The translations under genes were made by a program, and so were the position numbers. A DNA stretch of 64,000 nucleotides from Oligoflexales bacterium (lineage in GTDB: Bacteria; Bdellovibrionota_B; Oligoflexia; Oligoflexales; Bog-1112): the NCBI GenBank assembly GCA_045105515.1, contig JBGCDR010000051.1, positions 1 to 64,000 on the forward strand. Reading direction: 5' to 3'. Shown here piece by piece: positions 28,591 through 39,883 of the stretch (position 1 is its first letter; every line of letters starts with the position of its first letter). The notes under the pieces were generated by a model that made no database searches, was not told the DNA's origin, and saw only the letters and a list, made by a program, of their open reading frames with translations.

Positions 28591-31500
28591 ATGAAAACGG
28601 TGGCTCCAGAGGTTAGCTTTCCTAAGATTGAAGATGAAGTTTTACAGGAATGGCAGAAGAACAAAACTTTTCAGAAGCAAAACCAGTGGCGAGAGAGTGC
28701 CAAAGAGTTTGCTTTTTATGATGGGCCTCCTTTTGCAAATGGACTTCCTCACTATGGTCACCTCTTAGCGAACACCATAAAAGATACCGTGCCAAGGTAC
28801 TGGATTATGCGAGGCTTCAAGGTCAATCGAAGATTTGGCTGGGATTGTCATGGCTTACCGGTTGAATTTGAGATAGAGAAACGTGAAAAATTAAAAGGGC
28901 GTCCTGATATATTGAAGCTGGGAATTTCTCAGTTCAATGAAATGTGTCGGGAGTCCGTTCTTCATTATGCAGAGGAATGGAAGAAAACCATAACTCGTAT
29001 GGGAAGATGGGTCGATTGGGACGACCAATACCGTACAATGGATTTGGATTTCATGGAGTCAGTATGGTGGGTTTTTGGTGAACTTTATAAAAAGGGCTTA
29101 GTTTACCAAGGATTTAAGATTGTTCCCTATTCGCCTCGGACAGGCTCCGTAGTTTCGAATTTCGAAGCAAATCAGAACTATAAAGATGTTCAAGATCCAT
29201 CAGTCACAGTAAAGTTCAAGTTAAAAGACGAAGATGCATGGATACTTAGCTGGACCACTACTCCTTGGACTTTGCCATCAAATCTCGCTTTAGCTATTGG
29301 TGAAGACATTGAATATGTGAAAATCAAAGACAATGAAAGTGGTGAGCACTGGATCTTGGCAAAAGCTCGTCTTGATGCACTTTACCCCTCAAAAAAAGGG
29401 AAGAAATCAAAAGCTGAAGCCAAACCTTATGAGTTGATTGAGAGCATAAAGTCATCTGATTTGGCAGGAAAGTCTTACAAGCCAATGTTTCCTTTCTTTA
29501 AGGACCAGCCGAATGCTTTCATCATCATACTTGCAGATTTCGTTTCAACAGAAGATGGAACTGGGATTGTTCACCAAGCTCCAGCATTTGGTGAGGATGA
29601 CTACCTATGCTGCCGTAAGCACAATATCGATCTTGTTGATCCCATTGATGACAATGGATGTTTCACTAGCCAAGTTCCTGCATATAAAGGACTAAATTTC
29701 AAGGAAGCTGATAAGCATATCTGCAAGGACTTGCGCGAAATAGGAGTCCTCCTACGGCATGAAACCTTGGTGCATAGCTATCCTTTTGATGAGAGGACTG
29801 ATACCCCTCTCATTTACAAGGCGGTGCCTTCATGGTACGTGGCTGTAGAAAAATTTGTTTCAAAGCTAGTCGAAAATAATAAAAAAATTAACTGGGTCCC
29901 TTCCCATATTAAGGAAGGACGGATGGGAAGCTGGTTGCAAAATGCAAGGGATTGGGCTATCAGCCGCAACCGTTTTTGGGGAACTCCGCTGCCAGTTTGG
30001 GTTTGTGAAAATGACAAAGAACACCTTGAAGTTGTAGCAAGTGTTAAAGATCTAGAATCTAAAACTGGGGAAAAAATAGATGATATTCATAAACATTTTA
30101 TTTCAAAGCTGAGCTTTTCATGTAGTCAGTGTTCGGGGTCAATGAAAGCAGTAGATGTTGTATTTGACTGTTGGTTTGAGTCTGGTTCAATGCCTTATGC
30201 TCAGCTCCATTATCCTCATGAGAATAAAGAACGCTTTGCCTCAATATTTCCCGCAGATTTCGTTGCTGAGGGTTTGGATCAAACCAGGGGTTGGTTCTAT
30301 ACTTTAAATGTTCTATCAAATGCTTTATTTGATAAACCAGCCTTTAAGAACGTTATCGTAAATGGCGTGATTCTTGATGAAAATGGCAAGAAAATGTCAA
30401 AACGCCATCGAAATTACACTCCACCTGACGAACTAATTGCTAAATATGGTGCTGATAGCGTTCGTTTGTATATGCTTAATTCCTCACTTTTACGGGCTGA
30501 AAATCTTATTTTCACTGATAAGGGGGTGAAGGATGTTACGCGAGCTGTATTGTTGCCTCTGTGGAATGCTTATAGCTTTCTGTCCACATACGCCGAGTCA
30601 GATGAATGGAAGCCTTCCGCTAAACTAAGTAAGGCTCAGATCCCTCACTTAGAAAATGATCTTGATCGTTGGATCGTTTCCAGACTCCAGTCATTGGTTG
30701 AGAAAGTTCATAATCACATGGAGGAGTACAAACTATATCAGGTAGTTCCGCCAGTTGTGGACTTTATTGAGGATCTCACCAATTGGTACATTCGCCTAAG
30801 TAGAAGACGGTTTTGGGGTGACCCGCAAGTCGATGGCTTAAGCCCTGACCAGCAGCAAGCTTATTCCACCTTGTTTTATGTGCTGCTAGAGTTTTCAAAG
30901 ATATTCGCGCCTTTTGCGCCATTTATTTCCGACAGGATTTATAACAACCTTTTGAATTCTCAAGCGGAATCTCCTGAGTCTGTGCATTTGTGTGATATGC
31001 CAGTGATGAATGAAAAACTTCAGGATATTAGCTTGGAATCTGATATGGACTTGCTTCGAAGAGCCACAAACCTTGGCCGGTCTTTGCGTCAACAACATAA
31101 AATCAAAATCAGACAGGTGCTCCCCTCAATGCTGGTGATCACCCACAAAGAAAGTGATCGCAGTGCAATTCAACGGGGAAGCGCATTACTTAAGAGTGAA
31201 TTGAACATTAAGCAGATTGATTTCACCACTGAGGAAGCGAAACATGTCCGCCTCTCTCTTAAACCAAATCTAAAAACCTTAGGACGGCGGTTAGGTAAAA
31301 ATCTCAACGTAATTCGTCAGCATCTCACAGAACTAAATAAGTCCCATGAAAAAGTGAGTAAGCTGCTTCAAGATCTTGCTGAGCAAGGAAGTATTGATAT
31401 TCTTGGACACTGCTTAACTCTGGAAGATTTTTTGGTGGACAGGGGTCCGCTTGATGATCGTTTAATAGCTACTGAGATGGGAGTTACAGTATTATTAGAT

Positions 31501-31803
31501 ACTAACTTGACTCCTGAATTGGTTGCTGAGGGCTATGCTCGGGAGTTGGTTAATAGAATTCAAAACCTCCGTAAAGACAGTCAGTTGAATATTTCTGATA
31601 GAATTCTCTTACAGGTACTTGCACCTGAAAAGCTGGTGACTGCAGTCGAAAGTTACCAGGATTATATCCTTAGGGAAACCTTAGGAACCTCTTTGAACCT
31701 AATAGAAGGTGGGGGTGAGTGTGATCTTGAGTTTACACAAAGTTATGAAATTGAGGGTATGAACTGTGTCATTGCCTTGGAGACAGTTTCGAGCCATTCT
31801 TAA
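28591..31803 (+). CDS. ileS: Isoleucine--tRNA ligase, type 2 (IleRS2)
   Basis: DGPPFANGLPHYGH, GWDCHGLP, DWAISRNRFWG, KMSKR; long type-2 C-terminus without a Zn finger. Confidence 0.96.
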   Translation: MKTVAPEVSFPKIEDEVLQEWQKNKTFQKQNQWRESAKEFAFYDGPPFANGLPHYGHLLANTIKDTVPRYWIMRGFKVNRRFGWDCHGLPVEFEIEKREKLKGRPDILKLGISQFNEMCRESVLHYAEEWKKTITRMGRWVDWDDQYRTMDLDFMESVWWVFGELYKKGLVYQGFKIVPYSPRTGSVVSNFEANQNYKDVQDPSVTVKFKLKDEDAWILSWTTTPWTLPSNLALAIGEDIEYVKIKDNESGEHWILAKARLDALYPSKKGKKSKAEAKPYELIESIKSSDLAGKSYKPMFPFFKDQPNAFIIILADFVSTEDGTGIVHQAPAFGEDDYLCCRKHNIDLVDPIDDNGCFTSQVPAYKGLNFKEADKHICKDLREIGVLLRHETLVHSYPFDERTDTPLIYKAVPSWYVAVEKFVSKLVENNKKINWVPSHIKEGRMGSWLQNARDWAISRNRFWGTPLPVWVCENDKEHLEVVASVKDLESKTGEKIDDIHKHFISKLSFSCSQCSGSMKAVDVVFDCWFESGSMPYAQLHYPHENKERFASIFPADFVAEGLDQTRGWFYTLNVLSNALFDKPAFKNVIVNGVILDENGKKMSKRHRNYTPPDELIAKYGADSVRLYMLNSSLLRAENLIFTDKGVKDVTRAVLLPLWNAYSFLSTYAESDEWKPSAKLSKAQIPHLENDLDRWIVSRLQSLVEKVHNHMEEYKLYQVVPPVVDFIEDLTNWYIRLSRRRFWGDPQVDGLSPDQQQAYSTLFYVLLEFSKIFAPFAPFISDRIYNNLLNSQAESPESVHLCDMPVMNEKLQDISLESDMDLLRRATNLGRSLRQQHKIKIRQVLPSMLVITHKESDRSAIQRGSALLKSELNIKQIDFTTEEAKHVRLSLKPNLKTLGRRLGKNLNVIRQHLTELNKSHEKVSKLLQDLAEQGSIDILGHCLTLEDFLVDRGPLDDRLIATEMGVTVLLDTNLTPELVAEGYARELVNRIQNLRKDSQLNISDRILLQVLAPEKLVTAVESYQDYILRETLGTSLNLIEGGGECDLEFTQSYEIEGMNCVIALETVSSHS

Positions 31804-31822
31804 AACTGGGAGGGGACTCCAC

Positions 31823-32830
31823 TTGTCTCCTCTCCTAATCTTTTGTTTATTCCTTCCATCTTGCTACCTAACCAAGCTGGCTTACTATCATAACAATCAA
31901 TTTAATTCGCGAAGATTGGTGAGCTCAATTGTTGCCGATCCAAAAACCTCTGTAAGTGTTAAAGAAAGGCTTCTTTTATTCAATAAAATTATGGAGTATG
32001 CGGATGGACAAGGCCTCAATACTAGGCATGCTTATCGTTACTTTATAAATACCGGGCAGGATGCCGTAAGCTACTTAGTTCAAGCAGCATATCCTGATCG
32101 CTTGGCGTCATACACCTGGTGGTATCCTATTGTTGGCACTGTTCCCTACAAGGGCTTTTTTGATAAAGAAGAGCGAGATGTCCTCGGAAAGCAACTTAAA
32201 GATGAGGGCTATGATGTCCATCTTGGCGAAGCTGGCGCATACTCCAGTTTGGGTTGGTTTGAGGATCCAATTTATTCCTCAATGCTACAAAGGTCTAAAC
32301 CAAGTCTGGCCGCTTTGATTTTTCATGAGTTAACTCATCGAACTTTGTGGATTCCTGACCATGTCGAATTTAATGAAAATTTAGCATCTTTCATCGAGGA
32401 TTTGCTGACAGTTCAGTATTTGCGCGAAACGGGGCAGGCTCGTGCACTTGAAGCTTATGAGTTAAAAAAAGCAGATAAAAAGCTTTACAGAGCTTGGCTC
32501 ACTGAGTTGCGCGACGCGCTTAACCTGTTTTATAAAAATACAGACTTTTCTCTTAATAAAAAGCAGGCTACCCTGGGCAAAGCAAAGTTATTTGAGCACT
32601 ATACCAAAGAACTGCGCCCTAAATTTCAGAGATACGACTATGTTGGTAAAAAGCAATGGAACAATGCACGAGTCTTGGCAACATCTTTGTATAGCCCTGA
32701 CCTTGAAAGGTTTTCGAGTGCTTTCTCTTGTCATAAGCATCTGAATGTAGGTGCTTTTTTAAAGGTCCTTGGTGACATGATTGAAGATTATGATGATCCC
32801 TTCGTAGCTCTAGATAGTTTATGTAAGTAA
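31823..32830 (+). CDS. Putative zinc aminopeptidase lipoprotein (DUF2265-type)
   Basis: Lipobox LPSC; W.YPIVG.VPYKGFF, AYSSLGWF.DP, FHELTH...FNE. TTG 31823 follows a GGAGG SD. Confidence 0.85.
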   Translation: MSPLLIFCLFLPSCYLTKLAYYHNNQFNSRRLVSSIVADPKTSVSVKERLLLFNKIMEYADGQGLNTRHAYRYFINTGQDAVSYLVQAAYPDRLASYTWWYPIVGTVPYKGFFDKEERDVLGKQLKDEGYDVHLGEAGAYSSLGWFEDPIYSSMLQRSKPSLAALIFHELTHRTLWIPDHVEFNENLASFIEDLLTVQYLRETGQARALEAYELKKADKKLYRAWLTELRDALNLFYKNTDFSLNKKQATLGKAKLFEHYTKELRPKFQRYDYVGKKQWNNARVLATSLYSPDLERFSSAFSCHKHLNVGAFLKVLGDMIEDYDDPFVALDSLCK

Positions 32831-32867
32831 TTTTCCCAACAGCAGTAACCGATTAGGAGGTGGGTTC

Positions 32868-34238
32868 ATGGTTGTTGAAACCCCACTTACATCTCAGTTT
32901 GTTAAACACGCCCTAGATTTTCGCGATTTCCGCTCTCTAAGATCTGCCTTTAAAGATAACGAGGTAGCAGACATTGCTGAAATTTTTTCGGAGCTAGAAA
33001 TAGATGAAATTATTCCATTGTTTCGACTTGTTCCTAGGGTTAGGCGCTCGGCTTTATTCTCCTTCCTTACCTTTGAAAGGCAGGAAGACCTACTCGAGGA
33101 GTTGCCTGATGTCATCGTTACTGCTCTATTAAATGAAATGGAACCTGATGATCGGACTAAACTGCTTGAGGATCTTTCCGTTGAAATTCGAAACAAGATA
33201 TTACTAAAACTAGATCCCGAGGAGCGCAAAGTTGCATGGACGCTTCTGAGTTACCCAGAAAACTCAGTTGGCCGTCTAATGACCCCCGATTTTTTAGCTT
33301 TGAATGTAAGTATGTCAGTTTCCCAAGCACTTGAGTCAATCAATTGGAGTACCACCCTCCCTATTGAATACTTAAATTATTTGTTTGTTACCGAGGAGGA
33401 TGGAACTTTAGTAGGAGAGGTAAGTCTAGCATCGATAGTGGTGAGTGACCCAAGAAGTTTGCCGATCACTCAGATTATGAAAAAGAGTTATGTCTACCTT
33501 AACCCAACGCAAGATGCTGAAGAAGCAGTTGAGATCTTTAGAAAATATGACTCTAACTATATGCCAGTTGTCGATGAAAACCGGCATTTGATCGGCATCG
33601 TTACAGCCGATGATGTGTTTGATATAGCGGAAGAAGAAGCTACCGAAGATATACAGCAGTTTGGTGGACAAGGGGCATTAGAAGATTCCTATTTTCAAAC
33701 ACCGTTTACCACAATGGTTTGGAAACGTGTTGGCTGGTTAGCCCTTCTTTTTTTTGGTGGATTTATATCTGGTGAAGCAATTCGTAGTTACGATGAAATG
33801 CTAAATAAATGGGGCTTTATTGTATTTTTCTTAACTACAATCAACTCCACTGGAGGGAATTCTGGGACGCAAACGGCTTCACTTATCATCCGTGGACTTG
33901 CAATCAATGAGATTTCCCCACGAGATGCCGGCAGAGTGCTTTTGCGAGAGATGCTTGTGGGCTTGACCTTAGGCGTGATCTTATCAATGATTGGCGCGAT
34001 CAGGGCGTTTACTTGGGGGCTTGGATACAAGGTTGCTATTATCATCGGTGTAGTTGTGATCATGGTAGTTCTAGTTGGAGTAGTTGCGGGTTCGATGTTG
34101 CCCTTTATCTTTCGTTCAATAAAGCTAGACCCCGCCGTGGTTTCTTCTCCATTTATCTCAACTATCATGGACCTTACGAGTGTCATCTTGTTATTTAATG
34201 TCACGAATTTGGTCTTGCGATATTTTGGCTACCCATAA
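32868..34238 (+). CDS. mgtE: Magnesium transporter MgtE
   Basis: YPENSVGRLMT, CBS pair, GGNSGTQ, DPAVVSSPFISTIMD. Confidence 0.95.
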   Translation: MVVETPLTSQFVKHALDFRDFRSLRSAFKDNEVADIAEIFSELEIDEIIPLFRLVPRVRRSALFSFLTFERQEDLLEELPDVIVTALLNEMEPDDRTKLLEDLSVEIRNKILLKLDPEERKVAWTLLSYPENSVGRLMTPDFLALNVSMSVSQALESINWSTTLPIEYLNYLFVTEEDGTLVGEVSLASIVVSDPRSLPITQIMKKSYVYLNPTQDAEEAVEIFRKYDSNYMPVVDENRHLIGIVTADDVFDIAEEEATEDIQQFGGQGALEDSYFQTPFTTMVWKRVGWLALLFFGGFISGEAIRSYDEMLNKWGFIVFFLTTINSTGGNSGTQTASLIIRGLAINEISPRDAGRVLLREMLVGLTLGVILSMIGAIRAFTWGLGYKVAIIIGVVVIMVVLVGVVAGSMLPFIFRSIKLDPAVVSSPFISTIMDLTSVILLFNVTNLVLRYFGYP

Positions 34239-34264
34239 ATGGTCTAGAAAAGAGTATTTTTATT

Positions 34265-35002
34265 ATGTGGATAGACGACGATATTCTTTGCAAATGCCAT
34301 GAGTTGCAGGTTGTTTCGACCTGGGTTCCGGGAGCTGCAATGGTGGTTTTGGGAAGCAGTAATAAAGCTCATATTGAAGTCAAAGAGTCCGCTTGTGTGG
34401 CGGATGAAGTTCCCATACTTAAACGTTATGGTGGTGGTGGCACAGTCGTATTGCATCCTGGGTGTGTCGTAGTCAGTCTAGGTATGTGGGTTTCTCAGTT
34501 TTATGGGAATGACCGATATTTCAGAAAGATCAATGAAGCCGTCATTCAAACCTTAGCCGCCAAATGGCCTGTTCTATCAGGCTTGGGACAAGACGGTCTG
34601 AGTGATTTGACCTACGGTGAACGTAAAGTAGCTGGGACCTCTCTGTTTCGTTCTCGTAACTATTTGCTTTATCAAGCTTCTATTCTGGTTGACGCAAAAG
34701 TGGACTTGATGGAGCGTTATTTGAAGCACCCGAGCCGGGAACCCGATTATCGTGGCGGCAAGTCACACCGTAAATTCGTTTCAGGTTTGGATGAATTTGT
34801 AGCGACTCTAGTTCCCTCAGATATTGAAAAGTTATTAGAGCAAAACTTATTGCCCCAAGTTTACCGGCTTTTGGATAGTGATCTAATTGCTGCTCAGCCC
34901 AAACAGTTTAAACATTTATACCGACGAGCTGGGCTTGGGGAAGAAGATGCAAGGTATCATGATCCAGCTTTAAACCATGTGATTGATCCGCGACCGAACT
35001 GA
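34265..35002 (+). CDS. Lipoate--protein ligase family protein
   Basis: KRYGGGGTV, SDL...RKVAG, YLKHP.REPDYR motifs. Confidence 0.85.
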   Translation: MWIDDDILCKCHELQVVSTWVPGAAMVVLGSSNKAHIEVKESACVADEVPILKRYGGGGTVVLHPGCVVVSLGMWVSQFYGNDRYFRKINEAVIQTLAAKWPVLSGLGQDGLSDLTYGERKVAGTSLFRSRNYLLYQASILVDAKVDLMERYLKHPSREPDYRGGKSHRKFVSGLDEFVATLVPSDIEKLLEQNLLPQVYRLLDSDLIAAQPKQFKHLYRRAGLGEEDARYHDPALNHVIDPRPN

Positions 35003-35812
35003 GTAGTATAGGCTTACAAGATAGCAGGCAACTAAGGACAAGATCATTGTAATTCCTAATGCATAAGATATATTTGCGAGAAAATACATTGGGCTAAAAG
35101 GCATGCTTGGGATTGCAAGGGACCAAGGTAGCCTCGGCAAGTTGAAGTATTCGTCTGCATGGAGCAATAGTTCATAGAGAAGACCGAGGCTGTACTCGCA
35201 CGCAAATACTAAAGCACCTAAGCCAATTATGACAAACGCTGCAGAAAATCCACCTCCATGAATCGGTGAGCTATATCTGAAAAGCATTGCATGTTTTAAA
35301 GCACCGAAGCAACCCTTACGGTCGTTTACCATTATGACAATTGCCATTAGTGAAAATAGAGTAAAAATTCTAAAAGGTCCCAGAAATGCATGCTCTAGTG
35401 ACATAAGTGAAGCAAAAATTACAATAACCAGGCCGTGAGGAAAAGTACTCTTAAGTCCAAGCTTTATAGCAGATTCAGGTGAGAATTCTTCTTCCTTGAT
35501 CACTGCAGAGGATATGTGGACGATCGCGGTAAACCCAGCAATACCTAGGGCTAAAAGAGCCAAACTTATGCCTATTGTAAAAATTAAAAAGGCATAGGTT
35601 GGCCCGAGAATGCTTGTATAGTCTAGGTGTCTAGTTTCTATTATTTGTCCGACTGTATATGAGCTTTGATAAGCAAAAAAGAGCATCGATACTAGGTAGG
35701 GTAGGAAAAAGCATAGTAAACCAACTTTGCCAATAGGCTTTATTTGCCCACTCAAAAGTTCCAATGCCTTTGTCCAAATCTGAAAAGTGGTAGGGGTTTG
35801 CCTTTCTTGCAT
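34970..35812 (-). CDS. Hypothetical multi-pass membrane protein
   Basis: 280-aa ORF with about six hydrophobic segments. Confidence 0.7.
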   Translation of the reverse strand: MQERQTPTTFQIWTKALELLSGQIKPIGKVGLLCFFLPYLVSMLFFAYQSSYTVGQIIETRHLDYTSILGPTYAFLIFTIGISLALLALGIAGFTAIVHISSAVIKEEEFSPESAIKLGLKSTFPHGLVIVIFASLMSLEHAFLGPFRIFTLFSLMAIVIMVNDRKGCFGALKHAMLFRYSSPIHGGGFSAAFVIIGLGALVFACEYSLGLLYELLLHADEYFNLPRLPWSLAIPSMPFSPMYFLANISYALGITMILSLVACYLVSLYYSVRSRINHMV

Positions 35813-36081
35813 TGCTTGGCCTCTCTAGCTGCTTGTTATCAATCATCGGTCCTATGGCTATATACCGAAAATAGTGGCACTTGAAAACGGTGACACTAGT
35901 CTATTTTAAATCATTTTCTTAAGGTCATTTTCTACTTAGTTGTGAACCTCAGCCTATTGGTAGAATAAATGCCCATGGCATTAGCGAGCTATGGTGTGAT
36001 ATGAATGGATGCATTTGCTTAAGTGGACAGAGTAAAGAGAGAAAGCAACTCTGTTGTTAGAAAATGGATTGGGATGGAATC

Positions 36082-38739
36082 ATGAGCCAATTTGAAACAA
36101 CCTATGATCATAAGAAATACGAAAAGAAATGGTGGGACCACTGGATGACTGGTGGGTGGTTCCATGCAAAGGCAGAAAGCCAAAAGCCAGCCTATACTAT
36201 TTTGATTCCCCCACCCAACGTAACCAGCCGGCTTCATATGGGACATGGGCTAAACAATACCATCCAAGATATCTTAGTTAGATGGAAAAGAATGCAAGGT
36301 TACAATTGCTGTTGGCTCCCCGGGACTGATCATGCTGGCATTGCGACCCAAATGATGGTGGAAAAATCCCTAGAAAGTGAGGGCAGCTCTCGCTTGGAGC
36401 TTGGCCGAGATAAATTCTTACAAAAATGTGTAGAGTGGAAAGATGAAAACGGCGGAATAATAATCGAGCAGCAGAAAAGGCTTGGATCCTCGTGTGACTG
36501 GGATCGCGAAGCCTACACAATGAGTCCAGAGCTGTCTAATGCTGTGCGGCGAATATTTGTCGATTTATATTCAAAGGGGCTGATATACCGTGGGGAGCGC
36601 CTAGTTAACTGGGATCCAGTGCTCAAAACGGCGATTTCTGATGATGAAGTAGTGAGTGAGGAAGTCACTGGAAACCTTTGGTATTACCGTTACCCTTTAG
36701 AGGATGACCCCGAGCAGGGGGTGGTCATTGCTACAACAAGGCCAGAGACCATGTTTGGTGATACTGCTGTTGCTGTTAATCCTGAAGATGAGCGATTTAA
36801 GCATCTGATTGGTAAGCGAGTGGTGGTCCCTTTTGTGGAAAGGTCAATCCCAGTAATTGCCGATGACTATGTCAAAAGTGAGTACGGAAGCGGCTGTGTT
36901 AAGATTACTCCAGCCCATGATCCTAATGACTTTGAAATGGGCAAACGTCATGATCTTCCCTTCATCAATGTGATGAATCTCGATGGAAGCATGAATGATG
37001 TCTGTCCGGAACCATTCCATGGTCTTGATCGTTTCGAAGCAAGAAAACTTCTCATTAAAAAATTAAAAGAACTAAAATTACTAGAGAAGACAGAAAGCAA
37101 TCGCCATGCTGTCCCCTTCTCAGATCGGAGTAAGGTCCCCATCGAACCTAGGCTATCGAAGCAGTGGTACGTTAAGATGGCTGAACTTGCAGTGCCTGCA
37201 ATCGAAGCAGCAAAATCCAAACAGCTAAAATTTTACCCGCCAAGTTGGGAGAAAACGTACCTACATTGGCTAGAGAACATTCAAGATTGGTGTATTTCTA
37301 GGCAGTTGTGGTGGGGACATCAGATTCCTATTTGGTATTGTGCTGACTGCGGCGAGGTAAGCACAGGTTTAGAAGACCCAAGCGAATGCTCAAATTGTCA
37401 AAGCAGTGCGTTAAAACAAGATGAAGATGTGCTTGATACCTGGTTTTCAAGTTGGCTTTGGCCATTGAGCCCTTTTGGTTGGCCTGAAGAAACTAAAGAC
37501 TTGAAAGCTTTCTTCCCGTCAAATGTCCTGATTACGGCACCAGAAATTATCTACCTCTGGGTGGCTAGAATGGTAATGATGAGTTATTTCACCAAAGGAA
37601 CCCTCCCTTTTAAAGATGTTTACTTCAATGCCACCATCTGTGACAAACAAGGACGAAAATTCTCTAAGACTCTTGGCAATGGGATCGATCCTCTCAAAGT
37701 GATTGACCAGTATGGAGCTGATTCGGTCAGATATACCTGCGTTTCGCTTGCCCCATTAGGTGGGAGAGTGAAAATGGCAGAAACAGATTTTGAAGCGGGT
37801 AATAAGTTCATAAATAAGATTTGGAATGCTTATCGCTTTTTGATGGGTAAACTGGATGGCAAAGATGCGATCTTAGCAATTGATGATAGCTCGTTAGATC
37901 TACCCAGTAAGTGGCTTTTACAGGAATTGCATATGACTGCTCAAGTCATGGACGAGTTCCTAGGTAGATACCAAATCAACGAGGCAGTCGAAGCACTTTT
38001 TCACCTGATTTGGCGTAGTTACTGTGACTGGGGTCTTGAAACTGCCAAAGATGTACTCGATGGTAAGCCGTCTAAGGATAAAGATCAGGTTCTGTCCACC
38101 TTAGTTTTCGTTTTTGAAGGAATCATGAGGCTTGCGGCCCCAATTATTCCATTTATCTGCGAAGAGATCTGGCAAAATCTTCCTGAGCATCCTTCTTGGC
38201 AAAAGCCTGAAAGCCTTATGATAGCAGAATATCCTAAAGCAGATAGCTTGCCGACCTTTGTTGAAGATGGGCAAAGGTGGAAGCAGGTTCAGGAAGTGAT
38301 CAGTCATGTGAGATCTGTGCGTACACAAGCCAAAGTCCCTCCAAAAGACAAGCTTACAGCTTACGTTTGCTGTGACCAGAAGTTCGTTGACCTATTGCAA
38401 AAAAGTGAGAAGTGGGTCTCCCGTCTGGCTGGTATCAACTCTTTAGTTGTAGGTGATAAGCTTGAAAAGCCAAAAAAATGTCTTGTTGCTACAGGAAAAG
38501 GTTGGACGCTCTATGTTCCAGTGGGCAAGTACTTGGATTTTGAGAACGAAAAAATCCGTCTTGAAGGTGAAGTTAAGCGTGTGGAGCGAATTGTTAAAGG
38601 ACTTGAAGGTAAGCTAAACAATCCAAATTTCGTTAAAAAGGCTCCTAAGGAGGTAGTCGAGCAGTCAAGTGCTCAGCTCGAGAATATGCAAGGACAGCTT
38701 AAGTCCCTGAGGGAAAATTTAAGCTCTATTTCAAATTAG
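36082..38739 (+). CDS. valS: Valine--tRNA ligase
   Basis: PPPNVT..LHMGH, DHAGIATQ, WCISRQLWWGH, KFSKT, C-terminal coiled coil. Confidence 0.97.
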   Translation: MSQFETTYDHKKYEKKWWDHWMTGGWFHAKAESQKPAYTILIPPPNVTSRLHMGHGLNNTIQDILVRWKRMQGYNCCWLPGTDHAGIATQMMVEKSLESEGSSRLELGRDKFLQKCVEWKDENGGIIIEQQKRLGSSCDWDREAYTMSPELSNAVRRIFVDLYSKGLIYRGERLVNWDPVLKTAISDDEVVSEEVTGNLWYYRYPLEDDPEQGVVIATTRPETMFGDTAVAVNPEDERFKHLIGKRVVVPFVERSIPVIADDYVKSEYGSGCVKITPAHDPNDFEMGKRHDLPFINVMNLDGSMNDVCPEPFHGLDRFEARKLLIKKLKELKLLEKTESNRHAVPFSDRSKVPIEPRLSKQWYVKMAELAVPAIEAAKSKQLKFYPPSWEKTYLHWLENIQDWCISRQLWWGHQIPIWYCADCGEVSTGLEDPSECSNCQSSALKQDEDVLDTWFSSWLWPLSPFGWPEETKDLKAFFPSNVLITAPEIIYLWVARMVMMSYFTKGTLPFKDVYFNATICDKQGRKFSKTLGNGIDPLKVIDQYGADSVRYTCVSLAPLGGRVKMAETDFEAGNKFINKIWNAYRFLMGKLDGKDAILAIDDSSLDLPSKWLLQELHMTAQVMDEFLGRYQINEAVEALFHLIWRSYCDWGLETAKDVLDGKPSKDKDQVLSTLVFVFEGIMRLAAPIIPFICEEIWQNLPEHPSWQKPESLMIAEYPKADSLPTFVEDGQRWKQVQEVISHVRSVRTQAKVPPKDKLTAYVCCDQKFVDLLQKSEKWVSRLAGINSLVVGDKLEKPKKCLVATGKGWTLYVPVGKYLDFENEKIRLEGEVKRVERIVKGLEGKLNNPNFVKKAPKEVVEQSSAQLENMQGQLKSLRENLSSISN

Positions 38740-38778
38740 AAGGATTTTCAATTAACTGAGGAAATATAAAAGATTCGC

Positions 38779-39624
38779 TTACTCACTGACTGTATCAATG
38801 TCGTTATCTTCTTCAAGTGGCATACCTTCGAATTTTGCGCATGTTGCCTCCTGATCGCAAGCTTCGCCTGCACACCCGTAGATTTGCTGAATCCTTTTTA
38901 CATCGCCGCAGGAAAGATTGCGATTTGCAAGACCTTCGCCGATGTAAATGGTCGGGTTCATAATTGATAGCCGGTCATACTTTTTATCGATATGGGTTAA
39001 GCCTAGCATATGACCTAACTCATGAAGGCATAGGGTTGTCATGTCTACCACTTCCCTAGGATCATTTGAATCAGCAATCATAGTAAAACTGTCACCAATC
39101 ACGTAGTGTTGTGTGTTGAATCTTATATCTGCTGTCAAGATTTGATCGTGATTTTGTGCGGAAGTGTCCCAGATGGTGGTCGCAAGGACCATATTTGATT
39201 TGCCTGTCTTATCCCAATCGGTATCTAAATAATGTCCGTTAGTCTTGTCAGACAACGAGCTATATAGGTCGTTGAAGGAATCCCCATCTTTGGTATCAGG
39301 CCCTAAGTAATCAAATAGCTCTTTGCCCACTGCTTGTTCCCACATCCCAATGCAGTCATTGAGGCCTTTTTTCTGATCAGCATTAAGGGTTATGCCTGTC
39401 TTAAAAGGAATGGGAAGATTATGCCAACCATCGGTTGCATGTAATCCATAGTACTGGGAGTCTGGGTTCTTGGCATATGTGGGAACTTTAGTTGCGTCAT
39501 GGTCCTCTTCGAGAGATGCCTGATACATCTGGGCTCCACAAGCAAAATTCAAGAACACCACTATTGTGCTACATACATTTGCTGAAAACTTAAGCGACTT
39601 AATGTTCAAGAGTTGGTCCTCCAA
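38779..39624 (-). CDS. Matrixin (M10) family metalloprotease, probable lipoprotein
   Basis: HELGHMLGLTH zinc motif, SIMNP Met-turn, lipobox-like FAC. Confidence 0.88.
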   Translation of the reverse strand: MEDQLLNIKSLKFSANVCSTIVVFLNFACGAQMYQASLEEDHDATKVPTYAKNPDSQYYGLHATDGWHNLPIPFKTGITLNADQKKGLNDCIGMWEQAVGKELFDYLGPDTKDGDSFNDLYSSLSDKTNGHYLDTDWDKTGKSNMVLATTIWDTSAQNHDQILTADIRFNTQHYVIGDSFTMIADSNDPREVVDMTTLCLHELGHMLGLTHIDKKYDRLSIMNPTIYIGEGLANRNLSCGDVKRIQQIYGCAGEACDQEATCAKFEGMPLEEDNDIDTVSE

Positions 39625-39883
39625 ACCCAGTATTTGGTCTTTTCTTTCACCTGACCTTTATTTGTAAACAATATCGACGAAGCCTAGGCTTGCTTTAGAC
39701 TTCTACCTATCTCCCTAAGATCTTGGTTTAAATAGGAAGAGTTTTTATTACGAGTCTGCTAGGGTAGAGATGGTTTTAAATTTTTATCAATAAATTCAAC
39801 GGCTTGAAAATCAATGTAATCACCTAAAATGATGTGAATATATCATGTGGCAAAAATCTCATGAACACCACAGGTTAATCTTT

